In this document: positions 12,198-25,224 of the stretch, piece after piece
How the letters are laid out: every line of letters starts with the position of its first letter
Numbering within the stretch: position 1 is the first letter of the stretch
Source: Felis catus
Taxonomy: Eukaryota
Direction of reading: 5' to 3'
Assembly: GCF_018350175.1 (NCBI RefSeq)
Contig: NC_058368.1
Span: forward strand, 87,236,001-87,300,000
Length of the DNA stretch: 64,000 nt
Notes under the pieces: model-generated
What the model was told of the DNA's origin: nothing
Seen by the model: the letters and a program-made list of their open reading frames with translations, nothing else
Databases searched by the model: none
Position numbers and translations under genes: made by a program

Positions 12198-13645
12198 ATA
12201 AGAACACATAAGGCCTACTCTCTAAACAAGGAATCATTCAATACTTCCCCATGTGTTAACTAATTGTTTTGCTCCAGGCCTGGAGTCTGATATCTTGGAG
12301 ATACTAAGCCAAATACATGATCTCAACAGATCACAGTAATTAACTATATGGAATTTAGAAAAGAGAAAGTGGAGGCTTAATCATGCACATGAGGATATGC
12401 ATTTTCAGAAATATGAAAGCCACTTCTTAGTGGTCCTGCATCATTGGCATGGGAGATCTTATTGTAGATAACAAACACATCTGTCTTGGACATTCAATAT
12501 TCCTGGGATCATCTAACAATCCTTACACAATCCACCCTGATCTGCCATCCTTGATTTCTGCCTAATGGCCTGAATGTCATACTGTAACCAATATTGTTCC
12601 CTCTACTGGTAAGTAACATTCAGTCTTGTCAACTAACTATCTGTGGGTTTGGTTAGTAAGAGTACACTTGCTGGACTCAATCACTGTTGGGTCAACTGAA
12701 CATTAGGCCTATGACCACAAAAAGTTGTTGGACCCAAAGTGACCATTCCTTTTCATAACGAAACAATATTTTAAAGGTGTATTTATAAACTTGCAACAGA
12801 GCAAGAGAGTCTCTACCATTAGCTCTACACAAGAGAATTTTCCATCTGTATAATCACTCTGGCAAAGGTTTAGAGAGGTTTTACCCATTTCACAACCCCT
12901 CATCATTAACTCTTTCCATATAGCTGCCTTATCTGTGGGTAATGGTGTAGAGGATGGGGTGAGACAATTACATGGGGAGGAGAAAGACATTTATGAACTC
13001 AGAAGTAAGACATCTGGAAGGGAGATAATCTGCACATTTTCCAGATGACAGGATGTTTCATAAGGAGCCCCAGAATTGTCAGACCTTTGTTATAATGGAT
13101 TGGGCATTGGAAATGGGGCTGAGAAGTACACGTGACCTGAGGTGAGTCACCACACCCTAGAGATCACATAGTTAAGAAAGCTCCCTTGAGTGAATTGCAG
13201 ATCTCTGTGTCTCCATTTCCTCTACCATAGAACAGAGTTAACAATGCCAGACATGCTCTTTGTTAGGACTTTTAGAATACCATATTAGCTTGTACTGCTT
13301 GTTCTGAACGCTCTCAAGCTTCTTGAAATTGATGTTCAAACAGAGATTACTAAATACTGACAAAAGTGTGCAGAAATATAGGAGGTTTATTACACATCTG
13401 AAAAATATATTTGCCTAACCATACACATTCCTGATTATCTGTTACAGCAATGGTCTATTAGTCAGATCTATGAGACTTCAATAGGATTTAAACACCTTTG
13501 TCCCAGGATCTGAAATGTAGATCGAAACTCCTCATGGACCTGAGTATGATCATGAGAACTGGTTTCCTCTTATAAGGAAATATTAATGACTATATCACAG
13601 GGTTTTCAGAGAATTCCTTAAAATACTTGTATTTAAAGGCACTCA

Positions 13646-13857
13646 GGGGCGCCTGGGTGGCGCAGTCGGTTAAGCGTCCGACTTCAGCCAGGTCACGATC
13701 TCGCGGTCTGTGAGTTCGAGCCCCGCGTCGGGCTCTGGGCTGATGGCTCAGAGCCTGGAGCCTATTTCCTATTCTGTGTCTCCCTCTCTCTCTGCCCCTC
13801 GCCCGTTGATGCTCTGTCTCTCTCTGTCCCAAAAATAAATAAACGTTGAAAAAAAAA
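13646..13857 (+). mobile_element. CanSINE, young Felis-type (cagccaggtcacg variant)
   Basis: CpG-rich near-consensus body. TSD ttaaaggcactca at 13633-13645 and 13858-13870. Confidence 0.96.
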
Positions 13858-14819
13858 TTAAAGGCACTCAAATATTTTATTTCAATGAAAATCAGAATAT
13901 TTGTTAGGAAAAAGTAACAAAATTATTCCAAAAATATAAGACTCATGCTAAACATACAAAAACATCTGTATTCTAGAACATTGTTCTGGGAGCCCATGAT
14001 CTCACATGAAATACATCTGCCAACAAATCTTTTTAGGTAACAATTTCCTCTCACCGCAGCACTGTTTTCCATGTTTACTAACCTGCATCAAGTTCTCAGA
14101 AGAAATTATGAATAGATCTGGGATGAGAGGTTGTCCCTGGATTGATGAAGCACCTTCCCAGAGTCACCCTCTCCTGTTAAAGGGGCAAGTTGCAGAAAAA
14201 GGGCAGCAAGGACATTTCTCCAAGAGGAAAAAGAATTCTCAAGGATGGAGCATGCTCAGAGCCCATGGCCGACATCTTGCCCTTGTCCTCACCAAGATTT
14301 TGAAGAAGAGGTTCAGCTAAGTTCACAAGCTACAAAAAGCCATCAACTGATCTCTTGCTCATCCTGCTATCATGACAGACCAACAACCTACTCCTGACTC
14401 AGAGGTCTGCACGTGAAAGATATCTCTATTCCAGTTTTAGAAGGGGAAATCTGGTGGTATAATGAGTGGAGAGTGGAGATGGTTGAAGACAAATGATGCT
14501 GGTCCAAAGATACAAAGAAAACAGGTGAAAAGAAACGTCCAAACCTTTACATTAAATTATTCTCTACTTGGAGATGGCCAACAGAAACAGAAGCCCTTTC
14601 TCTGATTAAGAAAATACTTTGGTCTGTAGTTCTCTTGGGAAAATCAAACTGCAAAACCACTTAAGACAGGATTTTAAAATACTTTGTATGTTGTACAAAT
14701 TATAGTTCTTTGAATATTGCTGTATAAATAAAATTAATGGATTCTCTTTTATTGCTAGTAGCATAAGCACATATACAGATCATTTCTAGCACCAACTCGT
14801 GTAACCTGAGAGGATGTAC

Positions 14820-15230
14820 CCATTAGCTCTTCCCTAAATTAATATGAGTGTTTGGGAAAGCATGGGTGGGTAATTGGGGAGCCAAAAAGTAAGTTTTCCT
14901 GAAAAAAAATTATTACATGTTAATTGGGAATCCCCTTTTTAGTTAAAATGGCAAAGGTCTAGGGAACAAAAATGAAGATGATGAAACTAGTTGCACAGTT
15001 GATTTATTTGACCAAATCAATGTTGGCATTGGATTTAATATAGCTTTTCACATACAACATGGAAATGAAGAAAACAAGGAACATTGACTCTCTCTGAAAT
15101 GCTGACCCAAGGGAAGAAGTACGTATTCAGGCTAATTTACAGGCTCAGTTACAAGGGCGGCTGGGGGCGGTGGTGGTTAGCATTCTGTAGTCACTGAAAT
15201 GGGGTGATGAAATTCTGCCATCCCAGGAAA
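14820..15230 (-). promoter_or_regulatory. Candidate promoter region of the first OR (O/E-like and homeodomain motifs)
   Basis: acccaaggga at 15105-15114; taattgg at 14871 and 14921; ctaattt at ~15132. Unique sequence ~4.7-5 kb upstream of the CDS. Confidence 0.3.
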
Positions 15231-16559
15231 AAAAATCAGCCTTCCCCTTGCTGCCTTCAAAGAGGAGCCAACACTAACCCCCACCCCAACCCAATGTTCC
15301 TTTCACACATTGAGCTGGAGGGAATTTTAAAGCTCTTCAAGCTTTTAGAAAATTAGCTTTAAGTCCCTGTAGATTTCTTAGAATGAGCTCAGGTTGTTTA
15401 TGCGACTGAAATGCCTGCGTTCTTAGGTCTTTTTCCATCCTCTAGAGAGATAAGACCCTAAAGGGAGATAACTCAAGTGATTTTTGTGGAGGATGTAGAG
15501 GAAGGCAAATCATATAAACAGTTTTATTTCAGACCAATCACTAAGATGACTCAAGAGATGAGAGAGAAGAAAACTCATCCTAAACATTAATTGGTAAATT
15601 GCAAAAGACTGATAGAGTACTCATTTACCCGGAGTCTCAAAATAATTTGACTAACATTTCTGCTGCATTTGAAAATGTTACATTGCATTTAAGGGAACAA
15701 TATTAAAAGCATAAACTCTTTATATGAACAAGCTTTAATTCTGACCCACCGCTCAACACCTTGCTTAGTACCTGGGATGCAAAAATTCATGAGGCAGAGC
15801 TGCTGTCTTGTATATTCATGCACATAATTGCATTAGCATAAATTAGAAAGAAGATTGCCATAATTTACAAGTTAGATTTTACACACTGGGTTCATATTGC
15901 TGACAAAGGAAATGTAGCACAGTGAGAGAGGAGACAATTTTTTAGTTCGATCTTGAAGAAGGTTATTGAAATTGATAAAATGGTCACTAAATAGGAGAGA
16001 CAGGGTTGTGCATCTAAAAAAATACTAATTAGCAAGCGGTATAAACAAACTTAATTTCCTGCCTTTTGTAAGAAAACAATTCAGTATCTGTTTTTGTTTC
16101 TGTTCTATGTCCTAGGCACTATTCTAAGCAATTTATTATTTAACCAAATGAGTTCATTGTTTCTTCCAATGGTAGAACAGAAGAAGGCCCGGCATTAGAT
16201 CTCTGTAGATTTGGATTCATTTCCAGACTCTACCACTCACAAGCTGTTTAACTGTGGACAGTTTAGGCTTCCTATGGTACTTAGCTCCCATCCTCAACCT
16301 CTGCTCCCATCGTCTTTGGGCTTAAAATTGCATTTTATCTCAGAATCAGATAGGGCCTCTCTTGCCCTCTCCTCATTCACAAATTCTTTTGAAGAATGTA
16401 AAATCATTTATTTAGACCAAAGCTCTTATTTTGTTCTTGCTTAATCAGAATGAATTAATAACATTTTAAGTTACTATATAAGGGAAAAATGTCCAAAAAA
16501 CACAAAAGAAAATTTTCTATCACAGAGTCTAGACTATGGTAAAAATGATCTGGATGCTA

Positions 16560-17652
16560 AATATCGAAGAGCACTTGAAACAAAAAAAGAGACAAATTCA
16601 TATGGAGACATGCCATGTTCATGAATAAGAAGATTCAACATGGTGAAGATACCAATTCATTTCAATTTGATCTATTGATTTATGCAATTTTGATCAAAAT
16701 CTCAGTGACATTGTGGTGATACAGCAAGTTATTTCTGATTTATATAGAAAAGAAACAGAAGATTTAGATCACATTTTCAAAACAAGTTTAAAGAAAAAAA
16801 TCACAGTACCTGCTCTTAAGGCTATCAAGCTAAAATAATCATGACAATATGGAATTAGAGGGTAAACACATAGATCAACAGAAGCCCAGAAATGGATCCA
16901 CAGAAATGTAGTCTATTGATTTTTGACAAACAACCAGAAGCAATTCATCAAGCATTTTCAACAAATCGTTGGAACTGGGCATCGATACACAAAAAAAAAG
17001 ATGATTGTGCAACTAAACTCTATAGTTTCTACAAAATTAACTCAAATGTATTACAGATCCAAATGTAAAATGAAAAATTATAAAACTTTTAGCAGAAACA
17101 ATAGAGAAAAATCTTTTTGGCCTGGAATTAGACAAAAAAAAAAAACTCTTAAACATGACACCAGAAGTCAAATATATCAGAAAAATTGATACATTGGATT
17201 TAATCCAAATGAAACTTCTGCAATCAGACACTGTTAGGAAAATAAAATAATCCCCCAACTTAGAGGTTGGGATTGAATATTTTCAAGTCACACATCCATC
17301 ACGTGAATTTCTTCCATAATTGTTAAAGAACATTCAAAACTCTTCAGAAAGGAAAAAAAAAAATAAGCCAATTCTTAAAATGAGCAAAGCAAGAGATTGA
17401 TTTAATGAAAACGATATATTGGTCATTAGGCATTAGGAAAATTAAAGACATGATGAAATGTCATTGCACACCTATTAGTATAACAAAAGTTAGATAGTGA
17501 CACTCCCAAGTACTGATAAAGTTGGCAACTGGAAACCTTACACATTGATCGTAAAAATGCAAAATGGTGTACTGTTTTGGAAAATGATTTTGCACTTTTT
17601 AAAATAAACATATACTTACCCTATGACCCTGTAGTCCCACTCCTGAATATTT
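16560..17652 (+). mobile_element. Old LINE-1 (L1M-type) ORF2 3' remnant, left part
   Basis: Degenerate L1 ORF2 motifs (ccatgttcatgaataagaagattcaac; tgtactgttttggaaaa; acttaccctatgaccc). Continues at 24393. Confidence 0.8.
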
Positions 17653-18303
17653 ATTTATTTTTTAAAGTTTTTATTTAAATTCTAGTTAGTTAACATACAC
17701 TATAATATTGACTTCAGGATTAGACCTCAGTGATTTATCACTTATGTATAACACCCAGTGCTCATCCCAACAAATGCCTTCCTTAATCCTCATCACCCAT
17801 CCAGCCCATCTCCCTGCCCACTTCTTTCCATCAACCCTCAGTTTGTTCTCTATCCTTAAGAGTGCCCTGTGGTTTTGTTTCACTCTCTTTTCCTCTTCCC
17901 ATATGTACATCACTTTTGTTTTTTAAAATGAAATTATAGGGGCACCTGGGTGGCTCAGTCGGTTAAGCATCCGACTTTGGCTCAGGTCATGATCTCACGG
18001 CTTGTGAGTTCAAGCCCCGCATCAGGCTCTGTGCTGACAGTTCAGAACCTGGAGCCTCTTCAGATTCTGTGTCTTTCTCTCTCTCTCTCTGCTCCTCCCC
18101 TGCTCACATTCTCTCTCTGTCTCTCAAAAATAAACATTTAAAAAATAAATAAAATACAATAAAACGAAATTATATGGAGTTTGTCTTTGACATTTTTCAC
18201 TAAGCATATTACACTCTAGCTCCATCTATGTAATTTCAAATGGCAAGGTTTCATTATTTTTGATGGCCAAGTAATATTCCATTTTATAAACATACCACTT
18301 CTT
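17653..18303 (-). mobile_element. LINE-1 3' end (carnivore type), left part; interrupted by a SINE and by the full-length L1
   Basis: T-rich tail followed by carnivore L1 3'UTR. The sequence resumes at 24221-24392. Confidence 0.85.
17939..18160 (+). mobile_element. CanSINE
   Basis: TSD aaaa(t/c)gaaattata at 17925-17938 and 18161-18174. Confidence 0.93.
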
Positions 18304-18530
18304 TTTTTTTTTTAATGAAATTTATTGACAAATTGGTTTCCATACAACACACAGTGCTCATCCCAAAAGGTGCCCTCCTCAATACCCATCACCCACCCTC
18401 TCCTCCCTCCCACCCCCATCAACCCTCAGTTTGTTCTCAGTTTTTAACAGTCTCTTATGCTTTGGCTCTCTCCCACTCTAACCTCTTTTTTTTTTCCCTT
18501 CCCCTCCCCCATGGGTTCCTGTTAAGTTTC

Positions 18531-21500
18531 TCAGGATCCACATAAGAGTGAGACCATATGGTATCTGTCTTTCTCTGTATGGCTTATTTCACTTAGCATC
18601 ACACTCTCCAGTTCCATCCACGTTGCTACAAAGGGCCATATTTCATTTTTTCTCATTGCCACGTAGTATTCCATTGTGTATATGAACCACAATTTCTTTA
18701 TCCATTCAACAGTTGATGGACATTTAGGCTCTTTCCATAATTTGGCTATTGTTGAGAGTGCTGCTATGAACATTGGGGTACAAGTGGCCCTATGCATCAG
18801 TACTCCTGTATCCCTTGGATAAATTCCTAGCAGTGCTATTGCTGGGTCATAGGGTAGGTCTATTTTTAATTTTCTGAGGAACCTCCACACTGCTTTCCAG
18901 AGCGGCTGCACCAATTTGCATTCCCACCAACAGTGCAAGAGGGTTCCCATTTCTCCACATCCTCTCCAGAATCTATAGTCTCCTGATTTGTTCATTTTGG
19001 CCACTCTGACTGGCGTGAGGTGATACCTGAGTGTGGTTTTGATTTGTATTTCCCTGATAAGGAGCGACGCTGAACATCTTTTCATGTGCCTGTTGGCCAT
19101 CCGTATGTCTTCTTTAGAGAAGTGTCTATTCATGTTTTCTGCCCATTTCTTCACTGGGTTATTTGTTTTTCGGGTGTGGAGTTTGGTGAGCTCTTTATAG
19201 ATTTTGGATACTAGCCCTTTGTCCGATATGTCATTTGCGAATATCTTTTCCCATTCCGTTGGTTGCCTTTTAGTTTTATTGGTTGTTTCCTTTGCTGTGC
19301 AGAAGCTTTTTATCTTCATAAGGTCCCAGTAATTCACTTTTGCTTTTAATTCCCTTGCCTTTGGGGATGTGTCGAGTAAGAGATTGCTACGGCTGAGGTC
19401 AGAGAGGTCTTTTCCTGCTTTCTCCTCTAAGGTTTTGATGGTTTCCTGTCTCACATTTAGGTCCTTTATCCATTTTGAGTTTATTTTTGTTAATGGTGTG
19501 AGAAAGTGGTCTAGTTGCAACCTTCTGCATGTTGCTGTCCAGTTCTCCCAGCACCATTTGTTAAAGAGGCTGTCTTTTTTCCATTGGATATTCTTTCCTG
19601 CTTTGTCAAAGATGAGTTGGCCATACGTTTGTGGGTCTAGTTCTGGGGTTTCTATTCTATTCCATTGGTCTATGTGTCTGTTTTTGTGCCAATACCATGC
19701 TGTCTTGATGATGACAGCTTTGTAGTAGAGGCTAAAGTCTGGGATTGTGATGCCTGGTGCTTTGGTCTTCTTCTTCAAAATTCCTTTGGCTATTCGGGGC
19801 CTTTTGTGGTTCCATATGAATTTTAGGATTGCTTGTTCTAGTTTCGAGAAGAATGCTGGTGCAATTTTGATTGGGATTGCATTGAATGTGTAGATAGCTT
19901 TGGGTAGTATTGACATTTTGACAATATTTATTTTTCCAATCCATGAGCAAGGAATGTCTTTCCATTTCTTTAAATCTTCTTCAATTTCCTTCATAAGCTT
20001 TCTATAGTTTTCAGCATACAGATCCTTTACATCTTTGGTTAGATTTATTCCTAGGTATTTTATGCTTCTTGGTGCAATTGTGAATGGGGTCAGTTTCTTT
20101 ATTTGTCTTTCTGTTGCTTCATTGTTAGTGTATAAGAATGCAACTGATTTCTGTACATTGATTTTGTATCCTGCAACTTTGCTGAATTCCTGTATCAGTT
20201 CTAGCAGACTTTTGGTGGAGTCTGTCGGATTTTCCATGTATAATATCATGTCATCTGCAAAAAGTGAAAGCTTGACTTCGTCTTTGCCAATGTGGATGCC
20301 TTTGATTTCCTTTTGTTGTCTGATTGCTGATGCTAGAACTTCCAACACTATGTTAAACAACAGCGGTGAGAGTGGACATCCCTGCCGTGTTCCTGATCTC
20401 AGGGAAAAAGCTCTCAGTTTTTCCCCATGGAGGATGATGTTAGCTGTGGGCTTTTCATAAATGGCTTTGATGATCTTTAAGTATGTTCCTTCTATCCCGA
20501 CTTTCTTGAGGGTTTTTATTAGGAAAGGGTGCTGAATTTTGTCAAAGGCTTTTTCTGCATCGATTGACAGGATCATATGGTTCTTATCTTTTCCTTTATT
20601 AATGTGATGTGTCACATTGATTGATTTGCGATTGTTGAACCAGCCCTGCATCCCAGGAATGAATCCCATTGATCATGGTGAATAATTCTTTGTATATGCT
20701 GTTGAATTCGATTTGCTAGTATCTTATGGAGAATTTTTGCATCCATATTCATCAGGGATATTGGCCTGTAGCTCTCTTTTTTTCTGGGTCTCTGGTTTAG
20801 GAATCAAAGTAATACTGGCTTCATAGAATTAATCTGGAAGTTTTCCTTCCCTTTCTATTTTTTGGAATAGCTTGAGAAGGATAGGTATTATCTCTGTTTT
20901 AAACGTCTGGTAGAACTCCCCTGGGAAGCCATCTGGTCCTGGACTCTTATTTGTTGGGACATTTTTGATAACTGATTCAATTTCTTCGCTGGTTATGGGT
21001 CTGTTCAAGCTTTCTATTTCCTCCTGATTGAGTTTTGGAAGTGTGTGGGTGTTTAGGAAGTGGTCCATTGCTTCCAGGTTGTCCAGTTTGTTGGCATATA
21101 ATTTTTCATAGTATTCCCTCATAATTGCTTGTATCTCTGAGGGATTGGTTGTAATAATTCCATTTTCATTCATGATTTTATCTATTTGGGTCATCTCCCT
21201 TTTCTTTTTGAGAAGCCTGGCTAGAGGTTTGTCAATTTTGTTTATTTTTTCAAAAAACCAACTCTTGGTTTCGTTGATCTGCTCTACAGTTTCTTTAGAT
21301 TCTATATTGTTTACTTCTGCTCTGATCTTTTTTATTTCTCTTCTTCTGGTGGGTTTAGGCTGTCTTTGCTGTTCTGCTTCTACTTCCTTTAGGTATGTTG
21401 TTAGATTTTGTATTTGGGATTTTTCTCATTTCTTGAGATAGGCCTGGATTGCAATGTATTTTCCTCTCAGGACTGCCTTCGCTGCGTCCCAAAGCGTTCG

Positions 21501-22348
21501 GATTGTTGTATTTTCATTTTCGTTTGTTTCCATATGTTTTTTAATTTCTTCTCTAATTGCCTGGTTGACCCACTCATTCGTTAGTAGGGTGTCCTTTAAC
21601 CTCCATGCTTTTGGAGGTTTTCCAGACTTTTTTCTGTGGTTGATTTCAAGCTTCATAGCATTGTGGTCTGAAAGTAAGCATGGTATAATTTCAATTCTTG
21701 TAAACTTATGAAGGGCTGTTTTGTGACCCAGTATATGATCTATCTTGGAGAATGTTCCATGTGCACTCGAGAAGAAAATATATTCTGTTGCTTTGGGATG
21801 CAGAGTTCTAAATATATCTGTCAAGTCCATCTGATCCAATGTCTCATTCAGGGCCCTTGTTTCTTTATTGACCGTGTGTCTAGATAATCTATCCATTTCT
21901 GTAAATGGGGTGTTTAAGTCCCCTGCAATTACCACATTCTTATCAATAAGGTTGCTTATGTTTATGAGTAATTGTTTTATATATTTGGGGGCTCCGGTAT
22001 TCGGCGCATAGACATTTATAATTGTTTACTCTTCCTGATGGATAGACCCTGTGATTATTATATAATGTCCTTCTTCATCTCTTGTTACAGCCTTTAATTT
22101 AAAGTCTAGTTTGTCTGATATAAGTATGGCCACTCCAGCTTTCTTTTGGCTTCCAGTCGCATGATGAATAGTTCTCCATCCCCTCACTCTCAATCTAAAG
22201 GTGTCCTCAGGTCTAAAATGAGTCTCTTGTAGACAGCAAATAGATGGGTCTTGTTTTTTATCCATTCTGATACCCTATGTCTTTTGGTTGGCGCATTTAA
22301 TCCATTTACATTCAGTGTTATTATAGAAAGATACGGGTTTAGAGTCAT
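18531..22348 (-). pseudogene. L1 ORF2 (endonuclease/reverse transcriptase), disrupted; 3' 712 codons still open
   Basis: EN start MTLNPYLSIITLNVNGLN; RT motifs QGCPLSP and FADD. Stops at 22026, 21426 and 20829; frameshifts at ~22260, ~20790 and ~20670. Confidence 0.95.
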
Positions 22349-22398
22349 TGTGATGTCTGTATGTTTTATGCTTGTAGTGATGTCTCTGGGACTTTGTC

Positions 22399-23290
22399 TC
22401 ACAGGGTCCCCCTTAGGATCTCTTGTAGGGCTGGTTTAGTGGTGACAAATTCCTTCAGTTTTTGTTTGTGTGGGAAGACCTTTATCTCTCCTTCTATTCT
22501 AAATGACAGACTTGCTGGATAAAGGATTCTTGGCTGCATATTTTTTCTGTCTAGCACCCTGAAAATCTCGTGCCAAATCTTTCTGGCCTGCCAAGTTTCA
22601 AAAGAGAGATCAGTCAGGAGTCTTATAGGTCTCCCTTTATATGTGAGGGCACGTTTACCCCTTGCTGCTTTCAGAATTTTCTCTTTATCCTTGTATTTTG
22701 CCAGTTTCACTATGATATGTCGTGCAGAAGATCGATTCAAGTTAGGTCTGAAGGGTGTTCAGTGCCTCTTGGATTTCAATGCCTTTTTCCTTCCCCAGTT
22801 CAGGGAAGTTCTCAGCTATTATTTCTTCAAGTACCCCTTCAGCACCTTTCCCTGTCTCTTCCTCCTCTGGGATACCAATTATGCATATATTATTTCTTTT
22901 TAGTGTATCACTTAGTTCTCTAATTTTCCCCTCATACTCCTGGATTTTTTTGTCTCTCTTTTTCTCAGCTTCCTCTTTTTCCATAACTTTATCTTCTAGT
23001 TCACCTATTCTCTCCTCTGCCTCTTCAAGCCGAGCTGTGGTGGTTTCCATTTTGTTATGCATTTAATTTAAAGCGTTTTTCAGCTCCTCGTGACTGTTCC
23101 TTAGTCCCTTGATCTCTATAGCAAGAGATTCTCTGCTGTCCTCTATACTGTTTTCAAGCCCAGTGATTAATTTTATGACTATTATTCTAAATTCACTTTC
23201 TGTTATATTATTTAAATCCTTTTTGATCAGCTCATTAGCTGTTGTTATTTCCTGGAGATTCTTCTGAGGGGAATTCTTCTGCTTGGTCAT
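22399..23290 (-). pseudogene. L1 ORF1 (RNA-binding chaperone), disrupted
   Basis: MTKQKNSPQK...RNNICIIGIPEEEE...RHIIVKLAK...PRILYPASLSF...PALQEIL. Stop at 23063-23065 and frameshift at ~22760. Confidence 0.93.
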
Positions 23291-24220
23291 TTTGGATAGT
23301 CCCTGGCATGGTGAGGACCTGCAGGGCACTTCCCCTGTGCTGTGGTGTATAACTGGAGTTGGTGGGCGGGGCCGCAGTCAGACCTGATGTCTGCCCCCAG
23401 CCCACCGCTGGGGCCACAGTCAGACTGGTGTGTGCCTTCTCTTCCCCTCTCCTAGGGGCGGGATTCACTGTGGGGTGGTGTGGCCCCTCTGGGCTACTTG
23501 CACACTGCCAGGCTTGTGGTGCTGGGGATCTGGCATATTAGCTGGGGTGGGTAGGCAAGGTGCACAGGGACAGGAGGGGCAGGCTTAGATCGCTTCTCCT
23601 TAGGTGATCCACTTCAGGAGGGGCCCTGTGGCAGCGGGAGGGAGTCAGATCCACTGCCGGAGGCTTGGCTCCACAGAAGCACAGAGTTGGGTGTTTGCGC
23701 GGAGCGAGCAAGTTCCCTGGCAGGAACTGGTTCTCTTTGGGATTTTGGCTGGGGGATGGGCGAGGGAGATGGCGCTGGCGAGCGCCTTTGTTCTCCACCA
23801 AACTGAGCTCTGTTATCAGGGGGCTCAGCAGCTCTCCCTCCCTTTGTCCTCCAGCCTTCCTGCTTTCGGAGCAGAGCTGTTAACTTATGACCTCCCAGAC
23901 GCTAAGTCGCGCTTGTTGTGGGAACACAGTCCGTCAGGCCCCTCGCTTTTGCAAGCCAGACTCGGGGGCCCTGCTTGGCCGGTGAGCCGCCCCTCCACCC
24001 CGGCTCCCTCCCGCCAGTCCGTGGAGCGCGCCCCGCCTCGCCGCCCTTCCTACCCTCTTCCGTGGGCCTCTCGTCTGCGTTTGGCTTCGGCGACTCCGTT
24101 CTGCTAATCCTCTGGCGGTTTTCTGGGTTATTTAGGCAGGTGTAGGTGGAATCTAAGTGATCAGCAGGACGTGCGGTGAGCCTAGCGTCCTCCTAAGCCG
24201 CCATCTTGCAAACCTCCCTT
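23291..24220 (-). promoter_or_regulatory. L1 5'UTR internal promoter, CpG-rich, with YY1-type motif
   Basis: Most GC/CpG-dense stretch of the window (~23900-24220). gccgccatcttg at 24197-24208. Confidence 0.75.
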
Positions 24221-24392
24221 CATACCACTTCTTCTTTACCCATTCTTCAGTCAATGGTTATTTGGGCTCTTTCCAAAATTTGACTATTGTTGATAGTGCT
24301 GCTATAAACATCAGGGGGTGTGTGCCCCTTCAAATCAGTATTTTTGTATCCTTTGGGTATATACTTAGTAGTGCAATTGCTGGATCTTCTAG
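24221..24392 (-). mobile_element. Continuation of the carnivore L1 3' fragment
   Basis: cttctttacccattc...ttgggctctttcc...gatagtgctgctataaacat joins seamlessly to the sequence before 18303. Confidence 0.85.
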
Positions 24393-24930
24393 TCCTGAGT
24401 TTTTAACCCAGGGAAATAAAATACTATGTTCCTTTGGAAACCTGTATTCAAAAGCTTATAGCACCTGTGTTTCTAATTACCCAACACTGGAAACAACCCA
24501 AATATCCTTCAGTCAGTGAATGGATAAGCAAATGGATGCCACCCCTACAATGAATTCTACTCAGCAAAAACATAGAATGTACTACTGGTGCAACAATGTG
24601 CATAAATACCAAAGACATTCTGCTTATTAAAAGAAGCCAATATTAAAACCAACCAAGGTAACTGAATTTATTTGTAGAGTTCTAAGAACTCAAAAAGACA
24701 AACATATGGTGATGGAAACAGGTGAGCGGTTGCCAAAGTTTAGGTTTGCAGAAGACTGTGTCAATGCAGACATAAAAACAAGGGAGTTTGGGGGTGGTGA
24801 TAAAACTATTTTGTATTCTGATCTTGATGGTGGTTACATAAATCTATATATGTGTACAAAACTCAGAACCATTTGCCAAAAAAAAATTACAATTTGACTT
24901 TATGACAAATTAAAAAATAAAATATAAAAC
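24393..24930 (+). mobile_element. Old L1M 3' remnant, right part
   Basis: actggaaacaacccaaatatccttc, gaatggataa, tattctgatcttgatggtggttaca. Degenerate TSD with 17641-17652. Confidence 0.78.
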
Positions 24931-24995
24931 AATCTGAAGAATATATTTTTTTCATATATTAGGGACTCTTTTACTCTTATTTGAAAAACTATCAA

Positions 24996-25224
24996 GGGGT
25001 GCCTGGGTGGCTCATTCAGTTAAACATCCAATTTCAACTCAGGTCATGACCTCGCAGTCTATGAGTTCGAGCCCCTCATTGGGCTCTGTGCTGACAGCTC
25101 AGAGTCTAAAGCCTGCTTCGGAATCTGTGTCTCCCTCTCTCTCTTCCCCTTCCCTGCTCATCCTCTGTCTCTCTCTGTCTCAAAATAAAAACATTTTTTT
25201 TAATTTTAATAAAAAAAGAAAAAA
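24996..25224 (+). mobile_element. CanSINE
   Basis: TSD gaaaaactatcaag at 24983-24996 and 25225-25238. Confidence 0.94.

Larger units (their letters stand above)
18304..24220 (-). mobile_element. Full-length (~5.9 kb) young cat-type LINE-1, inactivated
   Basis: CpG-rich 5'UTR starting AAGGGAGGTTTGCAAGATGGCGG; ORF1 23290-22399; ORF2 22348-18531; 3'UTR with AATAAA and poly(A). Perfect 13-bp TSD cataccacttctt at 18291-18303 and 24221-24233. Confidence 0.98.

Noticed and set aside
18531..20669. 712-aa RT ORF as an active or domesticated gene
   Set aside because: It is the distal part of a disrupted L1 ORF2. Its ATG appears to result from a 1-bp deletion, the endonuclease is out of frame, and the CCHC motif is mutated.
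23604..24107. 167-aa antisense ORF in the young L1 5'UTR
   Set aside because: GTG start, and the GC-rich sequence is naturally poor in stop codons.
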